From the NCBI GenBank assembly GCA_035634255.1, contig DASQDI010000079.1, forward strand, positions 53,214 to 117,213: a stretch of DNA of 64,000 nt, written 5' to 3'. Under the pieces are notes generated by a model. That model did not search any database. It was not told the origin of the DNA and worked only from the letters and a program-made list of their open reading frames with translations. This stretch comes from Blastocatellia bacterium. Its GTDB lineage: Bacteria; Acidobacteriota; Blastocatellia; UBA7656. Below, piece by piece: positions 45,134 through 56,261 of this stretch. Made by a program: the position numbers and the translations under genes. Each line of letters opens with the position of its first letter. Positions within the stretch are counted from its first letter, which is position 1.

Positions 45134-45682
45134 TCACTTCTTCAGCTTCGACATGTAGAGCTTGCGGAACTTGGCCACCTTCGGGGCCACCACCGCGCGG
45201 CAATATGGCTGGTTGGGGTTCTGCTCGTAATACTGTTGATGGTAGCCCTCCGCCGGGTAGAAGGTCTCCAGAGGCGTGACCTCCGTGACTATCGGCCGGT
45301 CCCAGACGCGCTCGGCCTCCATCTCTTTAATCACCTGCTCCGCGACTCCCTTCTGCTCGGGCGAGTGATAAAAGATGGCCGAGCGGTATTGCGTGCCGAC
45401 ATCCGCGCCCTGCCGGTTCAGAGTCGTGGGGTCGTGAATGGTGAAGAAGACCTCCAGCAATTCTTTGAAGGAGGCCTCCTTAGGGTCGAAGACGATTTGA
45501 ACCACCTCCGCGTGCCCCGTGGTCCCCGCGCAGACCTGTTGGTAGGACGGGTTGGGCAGGTTGCCGCCGGCGTATCCGGAAGTCACCTTCTCGACGCCTC
45601 GCATGTCATTGAATACCGCTTCGAGGCACCAGAAGCACCCCCCGGCCAGCGTCGCTGTCTCTCTGTCGCTCTCTGAATTCAT
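45134..45682 (-). CDS. msrA: Peptide-methionine (S)-S-oxide reductase
   Basis: GGCFWCLEAVF active site, GHAEVVQIVFDP and YHQQY motifs. Confidence 0.9.
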   Translation of the reverse strand: MNSESDRETATLAGGCFWCLEAVFNDMRGVEKVTSGYAGGNLPNPSYQQVCAGTTGHAEVVQIVFDPKEASFKELLEVFFTIHDPTTLNRQGADVGTQYRSAIFYHSPEQKGVAEQVIKEMEAERVWDRPIVTEVTPLETFYPAEGYHQQYYEQNPNQPYCRAVVAPKVAKFRKLYMSKLKK

Positions 45683-45779
45683 TTGCGCTCCTCGATCTGT
45701 GTTACTCCGCGTGTAAGTATAGCGGCTCTCTGATGCCGTCACAATTCGAGGGAGCGCCGGGCTCCCGAAAGCCGCGCCC

Positions 45780-46076
45780 TCAATCGCGGCTTTCGATGGC
45801 CTTGAGCACCCTCTGCGTGCAGCGGCTGACGTGCGCCCCCAGGGCGAACAGCCCGGCCCCCAGGATCATATAGACCGCCATCGCCGCTATCAGCAGCAGG
45901 ACGTGATTCCGGTTGGAGAAGTCGGCCAGCAGCACGAAGCTCAGCAGGAAGAGAGCCTCGATTGCCAGCCCCGCGACCCAGGCGATCTTGTAAGACCTTT
46001 CGCTCTTATCTATCCGGTCCAGGGCCGACCTCCGCGCCTGTTCGACACCGCTCTCTCTAATCATAATAGCCTCCAT
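45780..46076 (-). CDS. Two-TM membrane protein (possible ECF-associated)
   Basis: 98 aa with two hydrophobic helices. Last gene of the ECF sigma gene string. Confidence 0.5.
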   Translation of the reverse strand: MEAIMIRESGVEQARRSALDRIDKSERSYKIAWVAGLAIEALFLLSFVLLADFSNRNHVLLLIAAMAVYMILGAGLFALGAHVSRCTQRVLKAIESRD

Positions 46077-46089
46077 AGCTCTGCGAAGT

Positions 46090-46212
46090 TCAAACGTAAA
46101 TCTTGAACAGGATGGCCGTGATTATCACCACGGCCTCCACTATCGCCAAAAGGATTATCACGGTCTTCATGACCGGCTTCTGTCTCTCGTCATCGTCGGT
46201 GCTTTCCGGCAT
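46090..46212 (-). CDS. Unannotated 40-aa single-TM micro-protein
   Basis: The minus strand reads MPESTDDDERQKPVMKTVIILLAIVEAVVIITAILFKIYV. A GGAG lies 6 nt upstream of the ATG, overlapping the sigma gene stop codon. Confidence 0.45.
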   Translation of the reverse strand: MPESTDDDERQKPVMKTVIILLAIVEAVVIITAILFKIYV

Positions 46213-46222
46213 ACCCGTCTCC

Positions 46223-46786
46223 TCACTTTTCGAGATCGCCGCGCGGCCCGCAGCTCTGCAGGTTTTTGCGGAGGGTCGCGAGGCCGTACGAGAGCCTCGA
46301 CTTAACCGTGCCTACCGGCAGCCCCAGCACGTCCGCGACTTCCTGTAGGGACATCTCGTGCAGGTAGTGCAGCACGAGGACGGCCCGGTTACCGGGAGAG
46401 ACCCGGCCCAGAAGGTCGGGGATGCGCTCCAACAGTTCGGGCTCGAACGCGTCCTGCGCGGGCGCGGGTATGGCTTCGAGGACCGCTTCGTCCCTGACCT
46501 GATCCGACCACCTGCGCTCCTTCCTCAGAGACCTGAAAGCCTCTCGGCTCGCTATCCTGTACGCCCACGGCCTGAAAAGCTCCGGCTGCCTGAGCCAGTA
46601 GAGTTTCTTGTAGATCAACAACAGCACTTCCTGAAGCGCGTCTTCGGCGAGCCCCGGCTCTCTCACAAGGCTGAGGATGTAGCGGTAGAGCGGGACCTCG
46701 ATGTTCCTGAAAAGCTCGTCGAGCGCGGCCCGGTCTCCGGTCTGGGCCAGCAGCACGCGCATGATCTCCCGCTTTTCAGTCGCCAT
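46223..46786 (-). CDS. ECF-type sigma-70 family RNA polymerase sigma factor
   Basis: Region 2 (DALQEVLLLIYKKL...FRPWAYRIA) and region 4 (MSLQEVADVLGLPVGTVKSRL). Confidence 0.9.
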   Translation of the reverse strand: MATEKREIMRVLLAQTGDRAALDELFRNIEVPLYRYILSLVREPGLAEDALQEVLLLIYKKLYWLRQPELFRPWAYRIASREAFRSLRKERRWSDQVRDEAVLEAIPAPAQDAFEPELLERIPDLLGRVSPGNRAVLVLHYLHEMSLQEVADVLGLPVGTVKSRLSYGLATLRKNLQSCGPRGDLEK

Positions 46787-46918
46787 TTTCTCTCTCCATT
46801 ATTTAAGAGGAAGCGGCCCGCGAAACTGTTCGGATTTGTTCGAGTTTAATCTGAGAATCGGCTGGCTCGGGCTGGGATTACTTGCGGGGACGGGCCTCGC
46901 GCCCGCCCCGGTCTTCGT

Positions 46919-48199
46919 TCAGTGCGGCAGAATCTTGTCGAGACTCTTCAGCAGGTCGTTGCCGCGAAGGCCGGGCTGCCCCTTTTTCGTGTTGTTGAGC
47001 GAGATGATCCTGCCGTCCGGCCCGATGAGCATGGTGGTCGGGTACGAATTGATTCGCAGGTTTCGGATGACCCGGATGATGCTGTCCATCTTCGCCTGAG
47101 TCCAGGGCATGCCGTTCTTTTCGAGGGTCGTCTTCACCTGCGGCATCACCTCCGGCTGATCGGTGTTCAGCCCGAGAATCTCGAAGCCCCTCGCCTGAAA
47201 GCGCGAGTACGCCGCCTTGAGGTAGGGGAGTTCCTGGCGGCAGGGGGGGCACCACATGCCCCAGAAATCTATCAGCACGTGCTTGCCCCTGAATTCCGAC
47301 AGCCTGCGCTTTTTGCCATTGAAATCGGTGAACTCGAAGTCGGGCATCTCCTTCCCAACCGCCACTTCGATGCGCTTGTAGTCCGACGCCGGATGCGACC
47401 TCATCGTTATTAGGTTCTTTTCCAGGTCGACCTTCTTGGTGGAGACGTAGTTGTTGCCGACCCGGAAGACGACCGCTTCGTCCTGCGTCTCGGCCGCTTC
47501 GGGGGAGAAGGGGTCGAAGTCGACCTCGCCGTCGCCGTCGGCGTCAACCCCGAGCCTGCCATTCATCACGCTGATCTTATTCGCGCGCGCGTTGTAATCG
47601 TACTGCACGAGCGTCTTCCTGCCCTGAATATCGACGAACCCCGCGGCGAAGGCTGCCCTCGACTCGAACAGCATGCGTTCATCGTCGGACATGCCCTCCC
47701 ACCGCACATTCTTCATGTACTGGACGAACAAAGGGAAGCTCTGGAACGGTCCCTCTTTGAGTGGCTGGCTGACGGACGCCTCCCAGATGTATGGGTTGTC
47801 TTCTTCCCCGCGCTTGAACTCGAACCGCTCGCTCTCGTCGAACTGATTGTTGAGGTCGATGTCCGCGAGCAGGTAAGGCGGCTCGTCTTCCGGCTCGACC
47901 AGCAGAGTCAGGATGGCCGACTTGTCGTTGAGCACGTGATAGAGGCGGCCCGCCGTAACGGTCGCGCCTTTCTCAATCGGCTTCGCGAGCCTGAGCTTTG
48001 ACAGGTCGGCGATGGGCCTGAAGGCCACGTGCTCTCGGCCATCCCGGTTGACCCTCAACTGCGGCTCCAGCTTCCCGGTGTATTCGCCGTCGGCCCGGAC
48101 GGGCGGAGCCAGAGGAAGCATCAGAGCGAGCGCGGAGACGATCCCGGCGGAGCGCACGATAGCCTGGGCGCGGGGCTTCATTCGAAACGGTATTCTCAT
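46919..48199 (-). CDS. Secreted TlpA/redoxin-like thiol-disulfide oxidoreductase with a large N-terminal domain
   Basis: Signal peptide. C-terminal HVLIDFWGMWCPPCRQELP thioredoxin fold with a CxxC motif. Confidence 0.8.
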   Translation of the reverse strand: MRIPFRMKPRAQAIVRSAGIVSALALMLPLAPPVRADGEYTGKLEPQLRVNRDGREHVAFRPIADLSKLRLAKPIEKGATVTAGRLYHVLNDKSAILTLLVEPEDEPPYLLADIDLNNQFDESERFEFKRGEEDNPYIWEASVSQPLKEGPFQSFPLFVQYMKNVRWEGMSDDERMLFESRAAFAAGFVDIQGRKTLVQYDYNARANKISVMNGRLGVDADGDGEVDFDPFSPEAAETQDEAVVFRVGNNYVSTKKVDLEKNLITMRSHPASDYKRIEVAVGKEMPDFEFTDFNGKKRRLSEFRGKHVLIDFWGMWCPPCRQELPYLKAAYSRFQARGFEILGLNTDQPEVMPQVKTTLEKNGMPWTQAKMDSIIRVIRNLRINSYPTTMLIGPDGRIISLNNTKKGQPGLRGNDLLKSLDKILPH

Positions 48200-48310
48200 C
48201 TGTACAACCCTTATCGGATGAAATGTAAATTCGGGACTGGGTCTGATCTACCCGGAGCCTTGAGGAGTTTGAAGGCAGTTGTAATGATTTGTCAATCAGA
48301 ATCGTGATGC

Positions 48311-48350
48311 TAATAACGAAACCGGCCGGGCGTGTTAAGCTCGGCCGGTT
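48311..48350 (-). terminator. Terminator-like hairpin downstream of the precursor ORF
   Basis: Perfect 9-bp stem (48320-48328 with 48342-48350, AACCGGCCG/CGGCCGGTT). On the minus strand it is followed by UCGUUAUUA. Confidence 0.5.
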
Positions 48351-48409
48351 CATTCGCGCATGTTATCCATATGCTTGAGACCTCTTTCCAGAAGGCCCGG
48401 AGGCAAGCT

Positions 48410-48580
48410 TTACTTGCCCCTGCTGCTCACTTCATCCGTATCCGACGGGTACTTCAACGTCTGCGGCGGCGGGCTTTCTTCACCGGTTCCACCGGCCTTG
48501 ATGCTGGTCTTCACATTCGGAAAATCCTGTCCTTCAAGATATCTCGCAAAGAATGGTGTCTCTGCTTTACTCCTGTTCAT
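48410..48580 (-). CDS. Microviridin/marinostatin-family (graspetide) precursor peptide candidate
   Basis: 56-aa ORF MNRSKAETPFFARYLEGQDFPNVKTSIKAGGTGEESPPPQTLKYPSDTDEVSSRGK. AAGGAGGAG lies 6 nt before the ATG. It has the leader motif PFFARYL and the core TLKYPSDTDE. It is below the ORF-track length cutoff. Confidence 0.75.
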   Translation of the reverse strand: MNRSKAETPFFARYLEGQDFPNVKTSIKAGGTGEESPPPQTLKYPSDTDEVSSRGK

Positions 48581-48708
48581 TTCTCGCTCCTCCTTGTATC
48601 TCCACTTATATTTATTCGGCGAGAATCATGCTGCCTCGCCTGTCCACATTCGGCGGATCGTTGCCGCCTTAAATCTCCGCCTGATGCTTTCAGCGTCGAT
48701 CTGTTTAG

Positions 48709-48736
48709 TTAATATCGCAAGCGGTGTGCCACTCAA
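48709..48736 (-). promoter_or_regulatory. Possible sigma70-like promoter of the precursor gene
   Basis: Minus strand: TTGAGT (48731-48736), 16-nt spacer, TATTAA (48709-48714). Confidence 0.3.
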
Positions 48737-49075
48737 GAAATGCGAAAACTCTTAGGGAAAACGCCATTTTCGGCCTCTGCAAGCCCCGAACGAAATCACG
48801 GCTACGGTGTGTACTGTATGAGGATGGACGGATGTACGTTTTAAGATTATGTGACAACGCCCGTGTGTATCAGTGAGATTCAACTCTATCACTAAATGAT
48901 AATGCTGCGGGGCAGGGCGCGGCTCGCGCGAGATGATGCGCCCATCTGTGCGCGTGCAACAGGGGACATCTGTTGCGCGCCGAGCCCTGCTCTCACAGGT
49001 CCCCTCCGCAGGGGACGGGGCAGGAAAGGCGAGGGGGATGACTCGCTTTCCGCCCGGAGCGATCTCATCTATTTT

Positions 49076-50746
49076 TTAATCGCGACCCGCCTTCGACTTC
49101 ATCTCGCCCATCTTCTTTCCGACTGCCGAGAGGATCTCTACCAGTATCGCGCTCCGCTCCCGGCGCGCCTGCTCTATACTCGCCTCTCCGCTTTCAGGCT
49201 CAAGGTTATACTCGATATCGGCGCTCTCGTAATATTTGTCGACGAGTGAATACAAATCTTCGTCGTCGAATAATTCGCCGAGTACCCTAGTCCACCTGAG
49301 AGCGCGCTGGGGCGCATCATTCTCCGGGCGGCGGAGCTGAGACACGAGGTAGGGTGCCAGCCGTTCGTCTCGCCATATAAACGCAAGCTCTATCAGGTCG
49401 CCTTCGCCGTCCCCGGCCGGGTCGGTCTTGAAGAGGGCCGTCATCAGGCGCTCCCTCTGCTTACCGGTCAGCATCTCGGCGAAGTTAAGCGCCGCACCTG
49501 CTGAAGCCGTGGCCGCCTCTCCCGATTCGGAATTGGGTTCCTGAGGCTCTTCCGGTTTTTTCTGCTCCGTAGCTCGCGCCCACGCGGCCAGCTCGTAAGC
49601 GCCCTCCCATCTCGTCGCGGGGTCTTCGGCGCAACGCACGAGCCACTCGGTCATCTCTTGGGCGTTATCGCGCGTGGCTTCGCCTATGACCTCAAGCTCC
49701 CTCATCCGCTCGGCGTAGACCGACAGGTCGCGCGTCGAGAGCTTCTTGATACCGTACATTTCCTGACTCACCTCGTAGCCGTCCCGAGCATTCGCGTGAG
49801 GTTTGAGGAAGAGGAGCAGGCTGTCGCCTTCCGTGAAGCGGCTCTCGGGGTCCTTCCACTTCCAGTGGTGGAGGTAAACGACTCGCTTCCTGCCCTTGCC
49901 TTTTATGGTCGAAGAGATTCGAAGCTCCGTCTTCATCATCTCCCCGTGCTCTTTACTTTCCAGCGAAACCGATTTGCCGACGCTCGCGACCACGATCAGG
50001 TCGCTCTCGAAATATAGGTTTCGGAGAGGCTCCGGGGGAGAGATGACTATCTCTCCCATAGTCACGGAGCTTTCGACCTGCATCGTGACATCGAAGTTCT
50101 GCTGCTGATTTTGAGACAAGGTCATCTGTTCGATCACCTGACCGAATCCCATGGCCGCGAGCGACAGATGGTAAGCGCCCGGCTTGAGCGAGGCGAATCC
50201 GTACCGCCCTTCATCGGACGATTCAGCGGAGTGAGTCTCGGAAGTCTCCACGTTTGTGAGTACTATCTTCGCCCCCGCGATCACCGCGCCCTCCGCATCA
50301 AGAATACGACCCGACAGCGAAGCAGTTCCCCCTTCCGCCCGCGGCTGAGACTCGGGCTTCTTCGCCCCCGCCCCGGATGGACCTGAGACGGACGATTCCG
50401 CCTGCGGGAATACTATGGCGCTCGCGCTGCCGCTGATGCCGAGTATCGCCGTGACGACGGCCGCGGCGACGGGCGAGGCGCGACGGCTGATGAGATGCAG
50501 GGCGGGCCGGGCCTCTTCGGCAACGACGGTCCCGTCGGCCCCGCGCGTTATTCGCGCGCAGAGCTTCCCGCGCGCGGCGGAGACGATGGCCTCTGCTTCG
50601 CCGCGCGTCATCTTCGAAAAATTGTAGACCCGCTTGTCGCACTGTAAGCAATAGCGAACCTGTTCACCGCCCGCCATGCGGTTCCATTCGATATTGCAGG
50701 GGTTTGCGATCTGAAGGCGATCCAGCCTGTTCTTTCTTCCGGACAC
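49076..50746 (-). CDS. Membrane protein with a Cys-rich N-terminal module and a CarboxypepD_reg-like domain
   Basis: NPCNIEWNRM...RYCLQCDKRVYNFSKMTRGEAEA, one TM segment, GRILDAEGAVIAGAKIVLTN...GRYGFASLKPGAYHL, and a C-terminal region of unknown function. Confidence 0.65.
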   Translation of the reverse strand: MSGRKNRLDRLQIANPCNIEWNRMAGGEQVRYCLQCDKRVYNFSKMTRGEAEAIVSAARGKLCARITRGADGTVVAEEARPALHLISRRASPVAAAVVTAILGISGSASAIVFPQAESSVSGPSGAGAKKPESQPRAEGGTASLSGRILDAEGAVIAGAKIVLTNVETSETHSAESSDEGRYGFASLKPGAYHLSLAAMGFGQVIEQMTLSQNQQQNFDVTMQVESSVTMGEIVISPPEPLRNLYFESDLIVVASVGKSVSLESKEHGEMMKTELRISSTIKGKGRKRVVYLHHWKWKDPESRFTEGDSLLLFLKPHANARDGYEVSQEMYGIKKLSTRDLSVYAERMRELEVIGEATRDNAQEMTEWLVRCAEDPATRWEGAYELAAWARATEQKKPEEPQEPNSESGEAATASAGAALNFAEMLTGKQRERLMTALFKTDPAGDGEGDLIELAFIWRDERLAPYLVSQLRRPENDAPQRALRWTRVLGELFDDEDLYSLVDKYYESADIEYNLEPESGEASIEQARRERSAILVEILSAVGKKMGEMKSKAGRD

Positions 50747-50904
50747 AACTCACCTCACCACATTCGATATGGCATCTGAATGCACACGGGCTCACTGAAA
50801 ATTAAGATTGATGAGCGCCCGGCAAGCCGTGGAACTCGCGCCCATAATCCATGAACAGACCTCCGCTCGGACCTTGCGAAAAATCTACGGGATACCGTAC
50901 TTCA

Positions 50905-51042
50905 GGGGGCAGTGGTCAGGAGTCAGGGGCCAGGGGCTAAGGAAGGAAGATTTCAGACTCTCTTTATAGAATCCTTTTGGATCAAATCGAGATCATGGGC
51001 GGCATCACTGGCTCCTGACCGCCGGCCTCTGACCCCTGCTGG
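50905..51042. repeat. Repeat element copy B (inverted relative to copy A), with self-complementary arms
   Basis: ggtcaggagtcaggggccaggggc (left arm), core actctctttatagaatcc (50957-50974), gctcctgacc...ctgacccctg (right arm, 51011-51040). Confidence 0.6.
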
Positions 51043-51133
51043 AATATTCCCCGCCCCGCCCGGTATTACAGAGGTGTGTGCGGGGGAGCTGCTCAAAGTG
51101 GAGATTAAGCCCGCGCCGTTCGGTGGAGAAATT

Positions 51134-51757
51134 ATGAGCACATTGATGGCTTCGATGCCCGGAGAAATCGCCGTCCGGCGGCGCTCGCGGGAACACGAGC
51201 ACTCTCACGCGCAGAATCGTTTCGCGGTCATTCCCACCCCCGTAAGGTTGAATGCCGTCGAAGGGCGCACGGGCAAAGGCGACGCCAGATGGCACCGGCC
51301 CTCCGAGAATCTTTTTCTCGGTATAGACCACACGGCAATAGTCGTGGGCGACACGGAGGCAAGCCTCAGGTTCTACCGCAACGCCCTGGGCCTGAAGGTC
51401 GGGGGCGAAAGCGAAAATCACGGCACGGAGCAGGGGCACTTGAATAACGTCTTCGGCGCGTGCCTGAGAATCACGAGCCTCCGCGCCGAGGCGGGGCCGG
51501 GGGTAGAATTTCTCGAATACCTGTCGCCGCGCGATGGGCGCCCCATTCCGTCGGACAAAAGGGCCAATGATCTTATACACTGGCAGACAAAGCTGGTGAC
51601 GGTGGACGCGGGCGCTGCCGCCCGACGCCTGTTCGCGGCGAAATATCACTCCGTATCTTCCGGAGTGATCGCGATGCCGGAAGACGAGATGGCTTTCAGA
51701 AAGAGTTTTCTCGTGCGCGACCCGGACGGGCACGTCTTACAGCTCATTGAAAACTGA
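51134..51757 (+). CDS. VOC-family (glyoxalase-like) protein
   Basis: ATG at 51134 after GGAG. IDHTAIVVGDTEASLRFYRNALGL...VRDPDGHVLQLIE. Confidence 0.7.
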   Translation: MSTLMASMPGEIAVRRRSREHEHSHAQNRFAVIPTPVRLNAVEGRTGKGDARWHRPSENLFLGIDHTAIVVGDTEASLRFYRNALGLKVGGESENHGTEQGHLNNVFGACLRITSLRAEAGPGVEFLEYLSPRDGRPIPSDKRANDLIHWQTKLVTVDAGAAARRLFAAKYHSVSSGVIAMPEDEMAFRKSFLVRDPDGHVLQLIEN

Positions 51758-51772
51758 CCCGAAAGGTGGCCT

Positions 51773-52348
51773 ATGGATAACACGAGACCATTGTTCATAC
51801 CAGTAATTCTCGGCACCCCGCGACAGGGGAGGATGAGCGAGCACGCGGCCCGCTTCATGCTCAGTGAAGTGGGCAAGAGGAAGGGGGTCGAGACGGTCCT
51901 GATCGACGTGCGCGAGCTGAAGCTGCCCATCACGGACGCGGGCGAGGCGATCAAGGACCCGGCCTTCTCCGCGCAGATGGAGCGGGCCGACGCCCTCGTC
52001 ATCGTCGCCCCCGAATATAACCACGGCTACCCCGGCCTGCTCAAGCACGCGCTCGATTCGAACCTCAAAGAGTACATCCATAAAGCCGTCGGCGTGTGCG
52101 GAGTCTCCGCCGGGCCGTTCGGCGGGGCGCGGGTGATAGAGAATCTCCTGCCGGTCTTCAGGGAACTGGGGCTCGTGGCGATATTCTGGGACGTGAATTT
52201 TTCGTCCGTGCAGGACCGCTTCGACTCGGAAGGCAAACTCATCGACGAGGCGTACTACAAGCGCGCGGATAAATTTTTAAAAGAGCTGATCTGGATGGCG
52301 AAGGTGCTGAGGCACGGGAGGGAGAACGTCAGCTTGGATGATGAGTGA
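51773..52348 (+). CDS. NAD(P)H-dependent FMN reductase
   Basis: IPVILGTPRQGRMSE and VIVAPEYNHGYPGLLKHALD motifs. Confidence 0.85.
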   Translation: MDNTRPLFIPVILGTPRQGRMSEHAARFMLSEVGKRKGVETVLIDVRELKLPITDAGEAIKDPAFSAQMERADALVIVAPEYNHGYPGLLKHALDSNLKEYIHKAVGVCGVSAGPFGGARVIENLLPVFRELGLVAIFWDVNFSSVQDRFDSEGKLIDEAYYKRADKFLKELIWMAKVLRHGRENVSLDDE

Positions 52349-52454
52349 TCAGGAATGGTGGGCGGGCGGCGCAACGCGGTATCACAGGGGTCCGCTAAAC
52401 AAGTTACTCCCCGCCGCGCGCCCGTCAGAATAGGGAAGAAAAGGATCTGCGGAC

Positions 52455-55106
<2,652 letters not shown>

Positions 55107-55144
55107 CGGCGAGTATAAGCGAGTAACAAGGAGAAAGATCAGAC

Positions 55145-56248
55145 ATGAAAGCTATCGCAGTATACCCCGGAAAACCCGGCAGCGTTCACCTGGCCGAATT
55201 GCCGAAGCCCTCGACCTCCGAAATCCCCGGCGGGCGTGGCGTGCTGGTCAAGGTCCTGCGCGTCGGCGTGGACGGCACGGACAAGGAGATCAACGCGGCG
55301 GAATACGGCGCGGCCCCCGAAGGCTACGACTTTCTGGTGCTCGGCCACGAGAGCTTCGGGCAGGTCGAGTCGGTCGGGCCGAACGTCTCGGGATTGGAGC
55401 CCGGCGATTACGTCGTGGCGACCGTCCGGCGTCCGGGGTCGAGCATATACGACCTCATCGGCACGAACGATATGACCACCGACGACACCTACTTCGAGCG
55501 CGGCATCAACCTGCTCCACGGGTACCTGACCGAGTACTACGTCGACGACGCGGAGTTCATAGTGAAAGTCCCGCGGGGGCTGAAGGAAGTCGGCGTGCTG
55601 CTTGAGCCCGCGACCGTGGTGGAGAAGGGAATAGCTCAGGCGTACGAGATACAGCGCCGCCTCCGCGTGTGGCGCCCGAAGCGCGCGGCCGTCATGGGCG
55701 CGGGGACCATCGGCCTGCTCGCCACGCTCGTCCTGCGTCTGCGCGGGCTCGAGGTCGTCACCTTCGCCAAGTCCCCGAAGCCCTACATCAACTCCGACCT
55801 GCTCGAAGAGATCGGCGCTCAATATATCTCGACCGCCGACGTGCCCCTGCTCGACGCGGCGCGCGAGGCGGGGCCGTTCGACCTGATATTCGAGGCGACT
55901 GGTTACTCTCCCATCGTCTTCGACAGCATGCAGGTGCTCGGGAAAAACGGCGTGCTCGTGCTTTCGAGCGTGACGGGAGGCGACCGGAAAGTCGAGGTGC
56001 CCGCCGACAGGATCAACCTCGAATTCGTGCTGGGCAATAAGGTGATGGTCGGCACGGTCAACGCCAACCGCGAGTATTTCGAAATGGGTGTGCGCGACCT
56101 CTCGCAGACCGAGCTTGAGTATCCGGGCTGGCTCGCGAGACTGCTCACGCACCCCGTCAAGGGGCTGGAAAATTACGGAGAGCTGTTCGAGAAGCTCACC
56201 AACGCCAAGGGCGCGATCAAAGTATTCTGCGAGGTCGCGCCCCTGTAG
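55145..56248 (+). CDS. Glucose 1-dehydrogenase (MDR family, archaeal/haloarchaeal type)
   Basis: MKAIAVYPG...[13 protein letters not shown]...[12 protein letters not shown]...VVATVRRPG and the GAGTIGLL Rossmann motif. Confidence 0.8.
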   Translation: MKAIAVYPGKPGSVHLAELPKPSTSEIPGGRGVLVKVLRVGVDGTDKEINAAEYGAAPEGYDFLVLGHESFGQVESVGPNVSGLEPGDYVVATVRRPGSSIYDLIGTNDMTTDDTYFERGINLLHGYLTEYYVDDAEFIVKVPRGLKEVGVLLEPATVVEKGIAQAYEIQRRLRVWRPKRAAVMGAGTIGLLATLVLRLRGLEVVTFAKSPKPYINSDLLEEIGAQYISTADVPLLDAAREAGPFDLIFEATGYSPIVFDSMQVLGKNGVLVLSSVTGGDRKVEVPADRINLEFVLGNKVMVGTVNANREYFEMGVRDLSQTELEYPGWLARLLTHPVKGLENYGELFEKLTNAKGAIKVFCEVAPL

Positions 56249-56261
56249 AACAGGTGCCGGA

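Noticed and set aside
50851-50940. 29-aa ORF (MNRPPLGPCEKSTGYRTSGGSGQESGARG) ending inside repeat copy B, with a C-terminus reminiscent of the 75-aa ORF at copy A
   Set aside because: The similarity is confined to the Gly-rich translation of the repeat arm. There is no ribosome-binding site, so the resemblance is most simply a by-product of the repeat.
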